From the NCBI RefSeq assembly GCF_009914755.1, contig NC_060948.1: 64,000 nucleotides of DNA. One strand, written 5' to 3'. Below are positions 26,236 to 38,110 of the stretch, in pieces. The stretch's first letter is position 1; every line of letters begins with the position of its first letter. Under the pieces are notes generated by a model. That model had not been told where the DNA came from and searched no databases. It worked only from the letters and a program-made list of their open reading frames with translations. The position numbers were made by a program, and so were the translations under genes. This DNA is from the human T2T-CHM13v2.0 reference genome, Homo sapiens.

Positions 26236-27504
26236 TATCCCTTAACATAGATGAATAGCAACTGGTCTTTTAAACTCTTTTCCTTGACTAGACCATTTTT
26301 ACTTTGCAGGTCCTGTTAACTCATAAAATCTCATCTTTACAAGGAAAAGTCTCCCTTGGGTATTTTTTTTTTTTTTTATGTTTTAGAATTCTTTCATATG
26401 GTGTTGACATCTTAAAACTCAATGCACAAGACGATGTGTTGAATTGTCACCAATGTAGAAATAATGGTTAGCTCTTTAAATATTTTGAAATTAATTGAAT
26501 TATGGAATGTTAGAGATTGCATTGACCGTTGACAAGACAGCATCCCATCCTGAAGACTGACATATCTTTGCCTTAAATATATATTTAGAAAAGTTTTGAA
26601 TTGTTGTCTACACATCAATTAACTCACCGCTACTTAAGCACCCACTGGAAAAAATAAATGAACATGAGTTAGTGCCAACAGCCCATAATCATGTTTTAAA
26701 TATAGCTTTTATTTTGCATCCTAATTTCTTGTGATAGTTGAATGTTCTTTTAATTACCTGTGATTTAATTTTTTTAATGATTTAACCTTGCCCATTTGTA
26801 CTCCCTGTGCTGAAAAGTATACGTGGCATGAGATTGACAGACCATTCTGCAAACATTACATCAAGTAGAGAGAGTTTTGAGTGAACAGCAGGAATCTGAG
26901 AACCGAATGAGGCAGGTCAATTTTTAGCACAAGCTTTGCAAGCAAACAGCTATGTTCCTATCCATACATTATGTCTCTGAAACTCAGTCTCCTCATTCCC
27001 CAATGCATAGGCATTTTACCTGTCTCAAAATTGATTTAAATGAGTCAATGATTATTAGAGTGTCTCAAAAATGGAAAAGTGCTTTGCAGTTGTAAGGTAG
27101 CATGACTCTTTTTAAAAGGAAACTGATAAGTTAAGCTATTCAAGGTAATTTTTAATTACTATTTTCTTAATATATTTTCAATAAATTCTAATATTAGCAT
27201 TCATTTGGTTCATAGCACTGTAACTAAAATTTGTATTTTAATATCATAGAGTAAACCTAATGTCCGTTTCTAATTTTTTGGTTGTTGTTTGTTTTGGGAA
27301 AAGCATTAACATTGAATTTGAATTTTGGTAAATGTTAAATTCTATGAATGTTATTTAGAAATACATAATAATCAACATAAGTTTAAGATTATTTATTGAA
27401 TAGTAGCACACTACAGTTGAATGGAAATATACTTGTCAAATTTTGAGCACACACCATGAAATAGATTTTATTTCTCTTTCCACATGTACAAGAAACCAAC
27501 AAAA

Positions 27505-28625
27505 TTCTCTGCAGGACAAATATAGAGAAAACAAGAGCTAGCATTATACATAATGGTGAAAGGCTGGATGCTTTTCCCCTAATATCAGAAAAGGTGAGAA
27601 GATTTCTGCTCTCACCACTTCTATTAAACATTATACTGGAGGTTCTAGCCAAGGTAATTATGTCAGACAAAAAAAGGAATAAAATAAAAGGCATGTATAC
27701 TGGCAAGGAAGAAATAAGACAATATCTATTTGCAGACGTCATGATCTCATAAAAATAAAACTCTAAAGATACAAGATCAATATTTAGAAAGTCAATTGAA
27801 TTTCTATATGCTTCCAATGGAGAATCCAAACAAAAAATTACGAAAAATAATTCAATGTACAAAGCAGCAAAAAATAAAATACTTAGGAGTAAATTACAGA
27901 AAGTAGTATAGTGTAATACTTAGACACTGAAAACTACAAAACTTTGCTCGAAGTAGTTAAAGAAAACCTACATAAGTGGAAAGGCATCTTGTGTTCTAGG
28001 TTTGGAAGACCTGATATTGCTAAGAAGATGGGACCTGACAAGGTGGTCTCTTGAGTCACCACAATCCCCAGAAAAATCCCAATGGACTATTTCAGAGGTA
28101 GAAAAGTTGATCTGAAAATTCGCAATGGAATCGCAATGCATTCTGAATAGCCAAATCATTCTTGAAAAAGAAGACCAAAGTTGAAGAACTGACATGTTCA
28201 TTAATTGCCAGGTGGATAAACAAAATGTGATACAGCCAGGCAATGGAATAGCTAACCATAGAAAGGAATGAAGTACTCGTACATGCTGCAACATCGATGT
28301 GCCTTGAAAACATTATGCTAAGTGAAATAAGCCAGAAACAATACCAGTCTTGTTTGATTCTATTTATGTAAATGTCCAGAACAGGCAAATCTATAGAGAT
28401 CATAAATATATTAGTGTTTGCCTGAGGCTGGGGTTGTAGTGGGATAGGGCGTTAGAATGCAGAATAACAGCCGACAAATACAGCATTTATTTTGGGGATG
28501 ATGGAAATATTCTAAAATAGTTTGTGATTATGGTTATTATTTTACAATGCCAAAACCCATTGAATTTTACACCTTATATGGGTAAATCATATCTGAATAA
28601 AACTGTTAGCAAAAGAAAAATACAA
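27505..28625 (+). mobile_element. Old L1M ORF2 and 3'UTR fragments with internal deletions
   Basis: GCTTTTCCCCTAA...CTCTCACCACTTCTATTAAACATTATACTGGAGGTTCTAGCC (degenerate PLSPLLFNIVLEVLA), CTATTTGCAGACG, then L1M 3'UTR. Confidence 0.8.
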
Positions 28626-28893
28626 ACCAAAAAAAAAAATCTGTAAGTGAGAGAGTTCTGTAGCTTGAACTACTTTTTATAATTGAGTCAGCTCTTTTCA
28701 CAATGTTGATTTTTCTCCCTTGATATCCCACAGTTTATTTTCTATTAAAGGAAGGATGAGTTCTGGGACTTTTGGTGAGTCTTACTTCGCTAGGATACAG
28801 GCATCAATTCCTCTGTCCTGCATGTGGGGAAAAAATCTGGGTTTGAAAGTATGGAATTCTGATTAACATAATCGATTGACAACCTGATGTTTC

Positions 28894-29426
28894 TGCTATT
28901 GGAAAGGAGTCCCGATCCAGACCCCAAGAGCGGGTTTGTGGCTCTTATGAAAAAGAGAGCTCAGGGCGAGTCCACAGTGCAAAGCAAAAGCAAGTTTCTT
29001 AAGAAAATAAAGTGGTAAAAGGATAGCTACTCCTCAGACAGTCTGGTGTTCCCGGAATGCACCCATCCTAGGTACAACTCTTGTTTATATATAGGTTAAA
29101 AAAAAAAAAAAATCATAGGAAGATGTGCTCCACTACAAAGATTTGTGATAAAGGATGAATTTTCCTTATTATATTTTGTAAGAATTGATATTATTATCTT
29201 TAAAGCAAAATTAGGAATACTTTTCTTCTCAAGATAATGGGATATCCAGGATATTCCTGAATCTGGGTCCATTTAGAAAACGTTGTTAATCTATTTTTCA
29301 CTTAACCTTAAACATCTAGAGGCTAGGAATACCTAACCTTCTTGGAATGCAGTGCAGCAAGTTCCAGCTTCATTTTTACTAGCCATCTCTCAACATGGAG
29401 CTGCTCTGGTATGTGTGTCTCTAATA
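28894..29426 (-). mobile_element. MER41 (C/D-type) solo LTR, ERV1
   Basis: GGAAAGGAGTCCCGATCCAGACCCCAAGAG at one end; AACATCTAGAGGCTAGGAATACCTAAC...CAACATGGAGCTGCTCTGGT at the other; 4-bp TSD TTTC at 28890-28893 and 29427-29430. Confidence 0.82.
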
Positions 29427-30361
29427 TTTCTAGAGTAATTACCTAGAACAGAACATACAATGTCCAGGACTTTTGTTGATACTATGTATATGTAACTAAA
29501 TTTGATAATATATGTAGTAACTATAGTATTTCCTAACAGATTATTACTTAGATGTGGGGAATATATTGAATGTGTGTGTTAAATTCATAACCAACAATGT
29601 TACTTTACTGACTTAACATCTCCATTCTTCCTTTCTGGTTGATTCTTTTAAGCTTTATTTACAAAATTATCCCTTCCTCCAATATAATAACTCTACTTTC
29701 TCCTTTATATTGGCACAGTATATTCCATTCCTTTCTCCCTCATATTGAATTTGATAGTAATTCTAAACTAACACTAGTGATTAATGTTGTAGGTCCTCAT
29801 GAAAGCAACTAAAGAAAATGTGGTCTCTTAAAGTCTCTAAGAAGAAAAGAAAACAAAGAGATTTAACTGAAACTGCCATTGCCAAATAATAGCTGAGACA
29901 GTGAATGAGGTCTGACCTAACAAACTCCATGTTACTTCTAACCTCCAAGCTGTCCTTATCCACTTCTGGGCAGAGGCTGAACTAACTTTGGTAGGAACTT
30001 ATTTTATTGGTTATAGTTTGAAGCAAAGACAGTAACAGCCCTTTCCCAAAACAAACCCCCTTCTTGCCTAAGCACTAGACTGCCTCTGTGGGACTAACAA
30101 ATTAGTCAAAATATTAAAAATCATGGTTTAGGAGTCACATGCAGGTAGAGGCTGCAAGATTCACAACCTCCCCAAATTCCTTCTAGGGTTAACATGACTT
30201 ATAAAACCTAAGATTGGAGCTTGAGAGAGCTTGAGATATTTCACAGTCCCTGCACCCAGTGGATCAGCTGGCACCACCTAGATCCATAAACTGGCTCATT
30301 CAATCTTGTGGCCCCCACCCAGGAACTGACTCAGCAGAAAAGAACAGTTTTTACTTCCTAT

Positions 30362-30670
30362 TGAGAGAGGAGAAAGGAAAGAACCTGGTCAGGTAGGCAG
30401 TTAGGGTGGGTCCTCAGTTGAATTCTTTTAAACAAAAGAACAGCCTGCAGCCACAGATAAGGGAACTTGCAAGATGGTAGTGGGGCATGCCTAAGACATG
30501 CCTATAGCTTCACAGATAAGAAGGCCTACCCAGGTAATTTGCCAACACATGCCTGCAATGGAAAATTCCATCCACTAACAGATGCACAGTATGGGGAACA
30601 AAGCAATAAGGGCCCACGTGCAAATTAGGAGGATGGGCGGAGCTACCAGAAGTTTGCACATTTAAGCCCC
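30362..30670 (+). mobile_element. MER61-type LTR (3'-truncated) nested in LTR8A
   Basis: TGAGAGAGGAGAAAGGAAAGAACCTGGTCAGGTAGGCAGTTAGGGTGGGTCCTC start; CACAGATAAG repeats; p53-type CATG half-sites. Confidence 0.75.
30483..30503. promoter_or_regulatory. Consensus p53 response element (two perfect half-sites, 1-bp spacer)
   Basis: GGGCATGCCT-A-AGACATGCCT matches RRRCWWGYYY-N-RRRCWWGYYY. Confidence 0.65.
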
Positions 30671-31182
30671 ACATTTTGAGGGAGTCTGATTTAAGTAATA
30701 TATAATAATAAAACTCTGGTCTACTGCACAGCCAGCTCTCCATGAGTTACTCATTCTCTGTTGCAATTCCCGTGTTTTGATAAATCCCCTCTGCCTAGGC
30801 AGCAGGCAAGAACCCATTGAATGATTACAAAACAACAAGCAAACTGGTAAAAACTACTGAAAGAAATGAAAGAATGGAGACTGGTAGTTCTGTCCAAGAA
30901 AGAATTTTGACACTGCAGTGCTCTTCAAGGATGTTACAAGTGGACCACCAGTGTGAGATGAGCAAACTCAAGCTTTTCACGTCCCTGATTGCCGTTCAGG
31001 GAATTCCACCTGCAGCTGGTGAACAGCAGTAGGGCAGCATTTTCTAGGTTCACCCAGCACCTAGATAGCCTATGTGGTGGTGTTTTCTGAACCCAGAACA
31101 AAAGTGCACAACAATGATGTTCACCTTGATTACTCAGTGAAGGTGGTGTTTGTCATACCTATCCAAAGCAAAATTACGCATT

Positions 31183-31500
31183 TGCCTTTAGTCAGGGTTC
31201 TCCAGAGGAACAGAACTAACAAGATAAATGTGTATATAAGGGGGAGTTTATTAAGGAGTATTGACTCACATGACAGAAGGTGAGGTCACACAATAGACTG
31301 TCTGTAAGCTAATGCACAAGGAAGCCAGCCTGAATCCCAAAATCTCAAAAGTAGAGAAGCTGAGAGTGTAGTCTTCAGTCTGTGGTTGAAGGTCTGAGTC
31401 CAAAAGCTGAAGAACGTGGAATCTGATGTTTGAGGGCAGGAAGCATACAGCACAGGATAAAGATGTAGACTGGAAGTCTAAGCCAGGCTAGTCCTTCCAT
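31183..31500 (-). mobile_element. MLT2A2-like LTR (HERV-L), partial
   Basis: TTAGTCAGGGTTCTCCAGAGGAACAGAACTAA...CCCAAAATCTCAAAAGTAGAGAAGC. Confidence 0.8.
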
Positions 31501-32023
31501 GTTTTTATTAGGGTTCTCTAGAGGGACAGAACAAATGGAATATATGTATATATAAGGGGGAGTTTATTAAGTATTTATATTAATATATAATTAATATAGT
31601 TATATATTAATAGCATATATTAATTAATAATATATATAAATGGGAATTTATGAAGTATTAACTCACAGGATCACAAGGTCCCACAACAGCCCATCTGCAG
31701 GTTGACAGCCTGCAGGCAAGGAGAACCAGTCTGAGTTCCAAAACTGAAGAACGTGGAATTCGATGTTCAAGGATAGGAAGCATCCAGCACTGGAGGAAGA
31801 TGTAGGCTGGGAGGCTAGGCCAGTATCCGTTTTTCACATTTGTCTGTCTGTTTATATTCTAGCCATGCTGGTAGCTGATTAGATTGTGCCCACCCAGATT
31901 AAGTGTTCATCTGCCTTTCCCAGCCCACTGACTCAAATATTAATCTCCTTTGTCAACACTCTTACAGACACTCACGAACAATACTTTGTATCCCTCTATC
32001 CAATCAAGTTGCCACTTCAATAT
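31501..32023 (-). mobile_element. MLT2A1-like LTR (HERV-L)
   Basis: GGGTTCTCTAGAGGGACAGAAC...GCTGATTAGATTGTGCCCACCCAGATTAAG...CCAATCAAGTTGCCAC. Confidence 0.82.
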
Positions 32024-32377
32024 GAGCTTGTTGTTTCTCATTTCACTTAATGATTTATAATCCATTAGTATCATTGGTCATTTTGATACTCAAGCTGTCT
32101 CCAAAATGGCCAGTGGTAGCTTCTCCAAATTGGCTTCTGTGTCTTTTTCTATAATTTCATGACTCTTTGAATATTTTTTATACGTTATATTCCTGATTAG
32201 TATCTTACACTGCTCCTGACTCAGCCTGGGATTCTGCAATTTTTCCAAGGAGCCCTGGAATCTATAAATGAAGAATGATGTATAGAAGCCAAACTCTGGA
32301 TCCACAACATGCTCATTAACATTGGAGTGTCCTCATGCCCAGAGCCTCTCAGTGAACAAAATAGGCACACATATACA

Positions 32378-32994
32378 TGGTGGGGGCTATGGCTTTTCAT
32401 CCCCAAAATATTTGCTGAAAATCACTGACATGAGGCAGATTGATTAAGAGGAGAAAAGGCATACCAATTTATTTAATGCATATACACTGGAGCCTTCAGA
32501 TTAAAGACCCAAATTCTCAATCAGATCGAAAAGCTTATATGCCACCCTGGGTTAGAGAAAGGATCAGGACTTGGATCCTGGTAAAGCAGGTGATGGGATG
32601 GGGAGAAGAATAATTCTATTGAGGGAGAATAATTTCTATTCTAGGGAGAAAATAATTTCTAGGGAGAATGACAGAAGGGGATCAGAGATTAACTTCTGAA
32701 GAGTTCTCTTTGGAGTTAAAATGATCCTAGGAAGACACTCATTATAGTCGTAAAAAGGTCTGCTCAGTTGTGGGGTCACATTTTGGTCTTTTCTGAAGCA
32801 GACAATGAGATAGCAGAGGGAGGAAGAAAAAACAGTGGTTCTCCTTTAGGGGCCTGGATATTTGGCAGATAAGGAAACTTTGGCTTCTCTGGGTGAGAAG
32901 TTCAGGGGAGGATATCAGAGATACCTTGAGGCTTCTTTAGTTAGCACATCAAAATGCAGTATTTGGGAGTATTGGGTTCTGAACCCCAGCAACA
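32378..32994 (-). mobile_element. ERV1 solo LTR of the MER34/MER39 group
   Basis: Reverse complement starts TGTTGCTGGGGTTCAGAACCCAATACTCCCAAATAC...AAGAAGCCTCAAGGT; subfamily uncertain. Confidence 0.65.
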
Positions 32995-33269
32995 TGTACC
33001 TATATTTGTTTTCTTTATCTCTCAAAAAGTCTGTTTTAAAGACTATTACTTGGTGCTGATACCTCCAATTCTATATCCATACCCACTGTGTTTGTTTCAC
33101 CTTTCTATGTTCTTAATTGTAATTTGCCTATCTAGCAGAAATTTGACTCCCATTATTCTTAACATTTGTGCTTATTTTTATTTGCCCTTCCCCTCTATAT
33201 GTATCCAATCCTCCAAATCAGCTGTCATGTCTTTCTCCCGAGACAGATGTTCACTCCTGTATGTATGTA

Positions 33270-33569
33270 TTTATTTTTATTTTTGAGAAAGAGTCTTGGT
33301 TTGTCACCCAGGCTGGAGTGCAGTGGCATGACGTCAACTCACTGCAACCTCTGTCTCCTAGGTTCAAGGAATATTCATTCCTCAGCATCAACAGTAGCTG
33401 GAATTACAGGCAGGCACCACCACACCTGGCTAATTTTTTCCTACTTTTAGTAGAGATCAGGTTTTGCCATGTTGGCCAGGCTGGTCTTGAACTTTTAACC
33501 TCAAGTGGTCCTTCCACCTTGGCCTCTCAAAGTGCTGGAATTACAGGCATCAGTCACCATGCCCTGCCC
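33270..33569 (-). mobile_element. Alu, antisense
   Basis: GTCACCCAGGCTGGAGTGCAGTGGC...CAAAGTGCTGGAATTACAGGC. Confidence 0.92.
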
Positions 33570-33803
33570 GCTTCCCCATATTTAAACATCACCACCTCAC
33601 ACCACACAGTCTTCCTGTGTGGTCACCGTCCTCACACTGACTCTGACCTCTTTCTCTGGACTACTGGGGCTCTTTCCCCTCTCCAGTGTTGACACCTGTC
33701 TTTCTCAACCCCATGCTGTAGATTCAGGACTAAATTTGTCAGAGGCATTTGAACAAGCTTGACCCCATCTTGACCACAGGCTCCTACCTCCATGCCCTGG
33801 GCA

Positions 33804-33932
33804 TTTTTTTTCTTAAGAGATGGGATTTCACTATGTTCCCAAAGTTCATCTGCAACTCCTGGCTTTGAGTGATCCTTCTGCCTCAACCTCCCAAAACACT
33901 GGGGTTACAGGTGTAAGCCATCGCACCTGGTT
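33804..33932 (-). mobile_element. FLAM / Alu left monomer, antisense
   Basis: GAGATGGGATTTCACTATGTT...CCTCCCAAAACACTGGGGTTACAGGTGTAAGCC. Confidence 0.8.
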
Positions 33933-33946
33933 CCAATTTTCTATTA

Positions 33947-34296
33947 TGGCCATGGTTTGAAAGTGTTCCTAAAATCCATGTATTGGAAACCTATTCTCCA
34001 ATGCAATCATGTTGAGAGGTGGGGCTTAGGAGAATTGCCTAAGGGTCCTGAGGCCTCCAACCTCATGAATGGATCAATGCTACTTATAAAAGGGCTTGCA
34101 GACAGGAGTTCAATCTCTTCTCTCTGACATTCTTTCCTTCCATCACAAGATGATGCATCATGAAGACCCTCAATAGATGAGGGTCTCTCAATCTTTGACT
34201 TCCCAGCCTCCAAGACTGTAAGAAAGAAATCTCTATTCTTGATAAATTACCTCATCTGTGGTACACTGTTACAGCGCCACATAACAAATTAAGGCA
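33947..34296 (+). mobile_element. MST (MSTC-like) MaLR LTR
   Basis: CATGTATTGGAAAC...CCTCATGAATGGATCAATGC...GACTTCCCAGCCTCCAAGACTGTAAGAAAGAAAT. Confidence 0.75.
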
Positions 34297-34439
34297 ATGA
34301 ATGAGAATGGAAATGTTTTTCATCCCCAGCCACAGTTTTCAATATTTCACTTGTTTATGGTTTAATTAAAGAAAGGAATGCAGAATAAGCAAGTCTTTAT
34401 TCAAACTTCATTGGTCAGAAATGACAAATAAATGCTATT

Positions 34440-34850
34440 TGGATAATGTAAAAATAAGTGGTACATATACACCATGGAATACTATCCAGCCATTAAAAGA
34501 AGTGAGATGACGTCCTTTGCAGGGACATGAATGGAACTGGAAGCTATTATCCTCAGCACGCTAACACAGGAAGAGATAACCAAACACAGCCATGTTCTCA
34601 CTCGTAAGTAGGAGCTGAACAATGAGAACACAAGGACACAGGGAGAAGAACATCACACACTGGGGCCTGTTGGTTGGACCTGGGGAGGAAGACCATAAGG
34701 ATAAATAGCTTATGCATGTGGGGCTGCATACCCAGGTGATTGGATAATAGATGCAGCAAACCAAAATGGCATGCATTTAACCTATGTAACTAACCTGAAC
34801 ATTCTGCACATGTATCGTGGAACTTAAAATAAAAGTAAATTAAATTTTTT
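34440..34850 (+). mobile_element. L1PA (older) 3' end
   Basis: GTACATATACACCATGGAATACTATCCAGCC...CTGCACATGTATCGTGGAACTTAAAATAAAA. Confidence 0.88.
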
Positions 34851-35434
34851 AAATGTACAAAAAAATTTATTTTGAATACAACCAAGCACCCACTAAAAAT
34901 GGCACCAAAAGAAGGACAGGTTCTCAGCACAAGCCATGATGCTAGTTGCTAACACCCACTCCTCTACTGGGAAAAAAAAAACACAGATTTCAGTGATAAG
35001 AAAGATAACTCAAATGACCTTGTCCATTTCATTGCCAATGCAGTTTCCAATGAATGTTCCTTGAAATCAGCATCATCTAGATAGTGTCAAATATGTACAC
35101 ATACAAAATAAAAAGAATGTAAATCATGACAGTGATCATATTTACTGGATACTCCAAAACATGCTGGGAGCTACTCTCTACAAGTGGAAAAGATGAATGG
35201 ACATTGTGCTCCAACATTGATTTACATAGATCCTTTGGTATCTTTCAATAAATATTTCCTTTTCCACACAATAAAGGGATCACATGTAACCAGTCAATTT
35301 TATCTGTAAATCTTTCTAGGGATCAGAGAAAACCATAAAGTACTAAAATTTTCAGTGCTTTCTAAAGTAAATTTGAGATTCTGAGATAACAGACATTGCC
35401 AGTAAGTAAGTCAATACTGCTTAAAACATAGCAG

Positions 35435-36120
35435 GGAAACTGCCTTTGCAAAATTATGACTGAGACACTAAAACAGATGTAATTTAACTGACTCCATCTT
35501 GCTTCTAACTCCCATGCTGTTCTTGTTCATTCCTGGGTATAGGCTGAACTAACTTTGGGAGAAATTATTTTATAGTTTCTTATTTAAGACAAAGACAATA
35601 ACAGCCTTTTCCCAGAGCAGACCTTCTTCTTGCCTGGGAACTAGATTGCCTTTGTAGGACTAACATTAGCCACAAGATTAGAAATTATGGTTTAGGACTC
35701 ATACAGTTAGAGGCTACAATATTCTGACCCTCTCAAACTGCTCTTAAGAACAGTGCTTGAAATATTTTGCAGAACCTGGATTTGATGGATAAGCTGGCAC
35801 TACACAGATCAATAACTGGCCCAACTGACCTTGTGGACCCTGAACAGGAACTGACTCAGCACAAGAAGACAGCTTCAACTCCCTATGATTTAATTCCTGA
35901 CCAATCCCTTCCCCACTCACTGGCGTCCCCCCACTCACCAACTTGTCCTTAAAAACTCTGCTGCCTGAATTATTGGGGAGACTGATTGAGTAATGATAAA
36001 ACTCCAGCCTCCCACATAGCTGGCTCTGTGTGAATTACTCTTTCTCTATTTCAATTCCCCTGTCTTGATAAATTGGCTCTGTCTATGCAGAGGGCAAGGT
36101 GAACCCATTGGGTGGTTACA
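35435..36120 (+). mobile_element. LTR8 solo LTR (ERV1)
   Basis: GAAACTGCCTTTGCAAAATTATGACTGAGAC start; GCAAGGTGAACCCATTGGGTGGTTACA end. Confidence 0.88.
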
Positions 36121-36164
36121 AGACCTGGTAAAAAGTCAAGAATAAAATGAAGAAAGATGACGTC

Positions 36165-36525
36165 AAGTACTAAAAGTTTGTGTCTTCCGTACTGCCCCAA
36201 ATTTATATGGTGAAGCCTTAATTGCTATTACAATGGTATCAGAGAAGGAGCCTTTGAGGGGTAAGTAAGCCATGAGTACAGAGTTTTCATCATGGGATTA
36301 GTGGCCTTATAAGAAGCAAGAAGAGAGAGATGATGAATCTCAGTCCACCATGTAAGGATACAGCAAGAAGACACCTGTCTGCAGGCTAGGAAGAGAGCCT
36401 TCACCACCCAGTGGATTTGCTGGTGCCCTGACCTTAGACTTCCCAGCCTCCAAGCAGTGTGAGAAATGAATTTCTGCTGTTTAAGCCACCCAGTACTCTG
36501 CTGTATCAGGCCGATCTAAGTCAAA
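36165..36525 (+). mobile_element. MLT1A-type MaLR LTR
   Basis: CATGGGATTAGTGGCCTTATAAGAAG...GACTTCCCAGCCTCC...TTTCTGCTGTTTAAGCCACCCAGT. Confidence 0.75.
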
Positions 36526-37589
36526 TGAAAAACAGGGGAGAAAAAGACACAGACCACACAGACCAGACCTGGGCTGACACCACAGGGACAGCATTTCTAC
36601 CGTGAGACATTAGGAATCCTCAGATTCACTTCCATGGCTGTTGACAGTTTTGTCTCCCGTCTAGTTGACCATGGGTGCAATGCTGTGGGTTTCTATTCTA
36701 GTTGTTTGTGGCATAAAAGTCATTTACTAGAAAGTTTATCATCTACTTCATGGGAATTTAGCTAAAAGTTTCATGGCAGAGTAGAATACTAGAATGTGTC
36801 TCACTTTGCACAGCATAGTTCTCAGACATGGTGCAACTGTTGGAAGGAACGTGGGCAGTGTGGCACACAGAACAGCAAGCTGTTGGAAGGAATATTATCC
36901 TCTCTAATTAAAGAAGTAAGGGAGAGGAGAATTTCATCTACCTTACAAGAGCCTTGCCTTCCATTTGCATGATATGTTGTCGAAATTGAGTATAAGCCCT
37001 CAGACCAGTAGCAATTTGCAGGTACATAGAGCTTGGAAAAGGAAAAGAAAGAAGCCCATTTCTCAAAATCAAGGGAGATTCTTAAGGGCTCTCAAAAGAG
37101 GGCAGCTCCATCTCTCAATATAGGGGGAAATTCTGAGGTTCCAAACTTAGTAAACACATTTTAGGCATATTTCAAAGAAATCAGAATCCAGGTACAACTT
37201 CCCAGGAGCTGGGTGACTTCTCTGTTGTTTTTTTATTTGCAATGTAGGTGTACTTATATCTATTTTACAAGGTACTTGTGAGGATTGCAATAGAGCGTAC
37301 ATGAAAAACTTCTGATACATTTTAGTGGCTCAGAAAGTAGTCATGCTTCTTCCTCTGGCATGCTGAAACTTGGTTCAGAAACGTTGATTTGTTTCAACAC
37401 TATTCTTAGAAGTGGCATAACATAATTTTGAAATACTAAGTGGATTTTGAAACAAAACATTCCAGTGACACGGCCATAACTTTGTAGATATTCGGCAAAC
37501 ATCAGGCTTTATAGATCTTACCTCATTCCACATTTTACCTCACTCAAAGAGGTTCTTATTCAATAGTTAATGGATTGAAGAGATATGTT

Positions 37590-38110
37590 GAATCATTATT
37601 CTTTAAAATGCACTGAGATAATGTTCTGGGCACTGAAAGAAGGCTGGTGAACAAGATGTAGTTTTCTACCTTAACATAGCTTAAAATAGACTAGAGAATT
37701 ACGTTATGTGAAGAGTAATCAGAAATACTTAGGGGAACACCTAACATGGTGGTCTGGGAACAACCCTTAGAACAATAGGGATGGTCTTCTGAGAGATACG
37801 TATACATAGAAAAGGAATAGATGAGGATGGACATGGGGGATCTGGGGAGAGGGAAGCATAACCCAGGAAGCCAATATCCCATTGCCACAGGCTGAGAAAA
37901 AAAGGATCCTAATGTACTTTTAGAACTAGGTGGTTAATCCCTGCTAAAAACCCAAGTAAAAAGCAAATAGCCACAAGAGGTGAAGCTAGAGAGATAAGTA
38001 GTAGAATGAGTTAGGGTTGGGGTAGTAGAACAGCAAAGATTTAGACACAAATCCAAAACATTAGACAAAGGTTGCAATTCCTACAGACCCACAGGGAAGC
38101 ATTCTTCATG
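37590..38110 (-). mobile_element. L2 LINE fragment (probable)
   Basis: Purine-rich degenerate text ATGTTCTGGGCACTG...GGTGAACAAGA...CCTTAACATAGCTTA typical of antisense L2 3' end. Confidence 0.45.

Larger units (their letters stand above)
29868..30829 (+). mobile_element. LTR8A-type solo LTR (ERV1) interrupted by MER61
   Basis: TGAAACTGCCATTGCCAAATAATAGCTGAGACAGTG start; ...GGCAGCAGGCAAGAACCCATTGAATGATTACA end. Confidence 0.85.

Noticed and set aside
27389-27862. 157-aa hydrophobic minus-strand ORF
   Set aside because: Antisense reading of an A-rich old L1 ORF2 fragment.
33166-33692. 174-aa ORF and other ORFs containing LECSG/QAGVQW/AGLELL peptides
   Set aside because: Translations of antisense Alu sequence; the same applies to the ORFs at 1524, 7169, 8574, 11611, 15075, 39219, 40693 and 43462.
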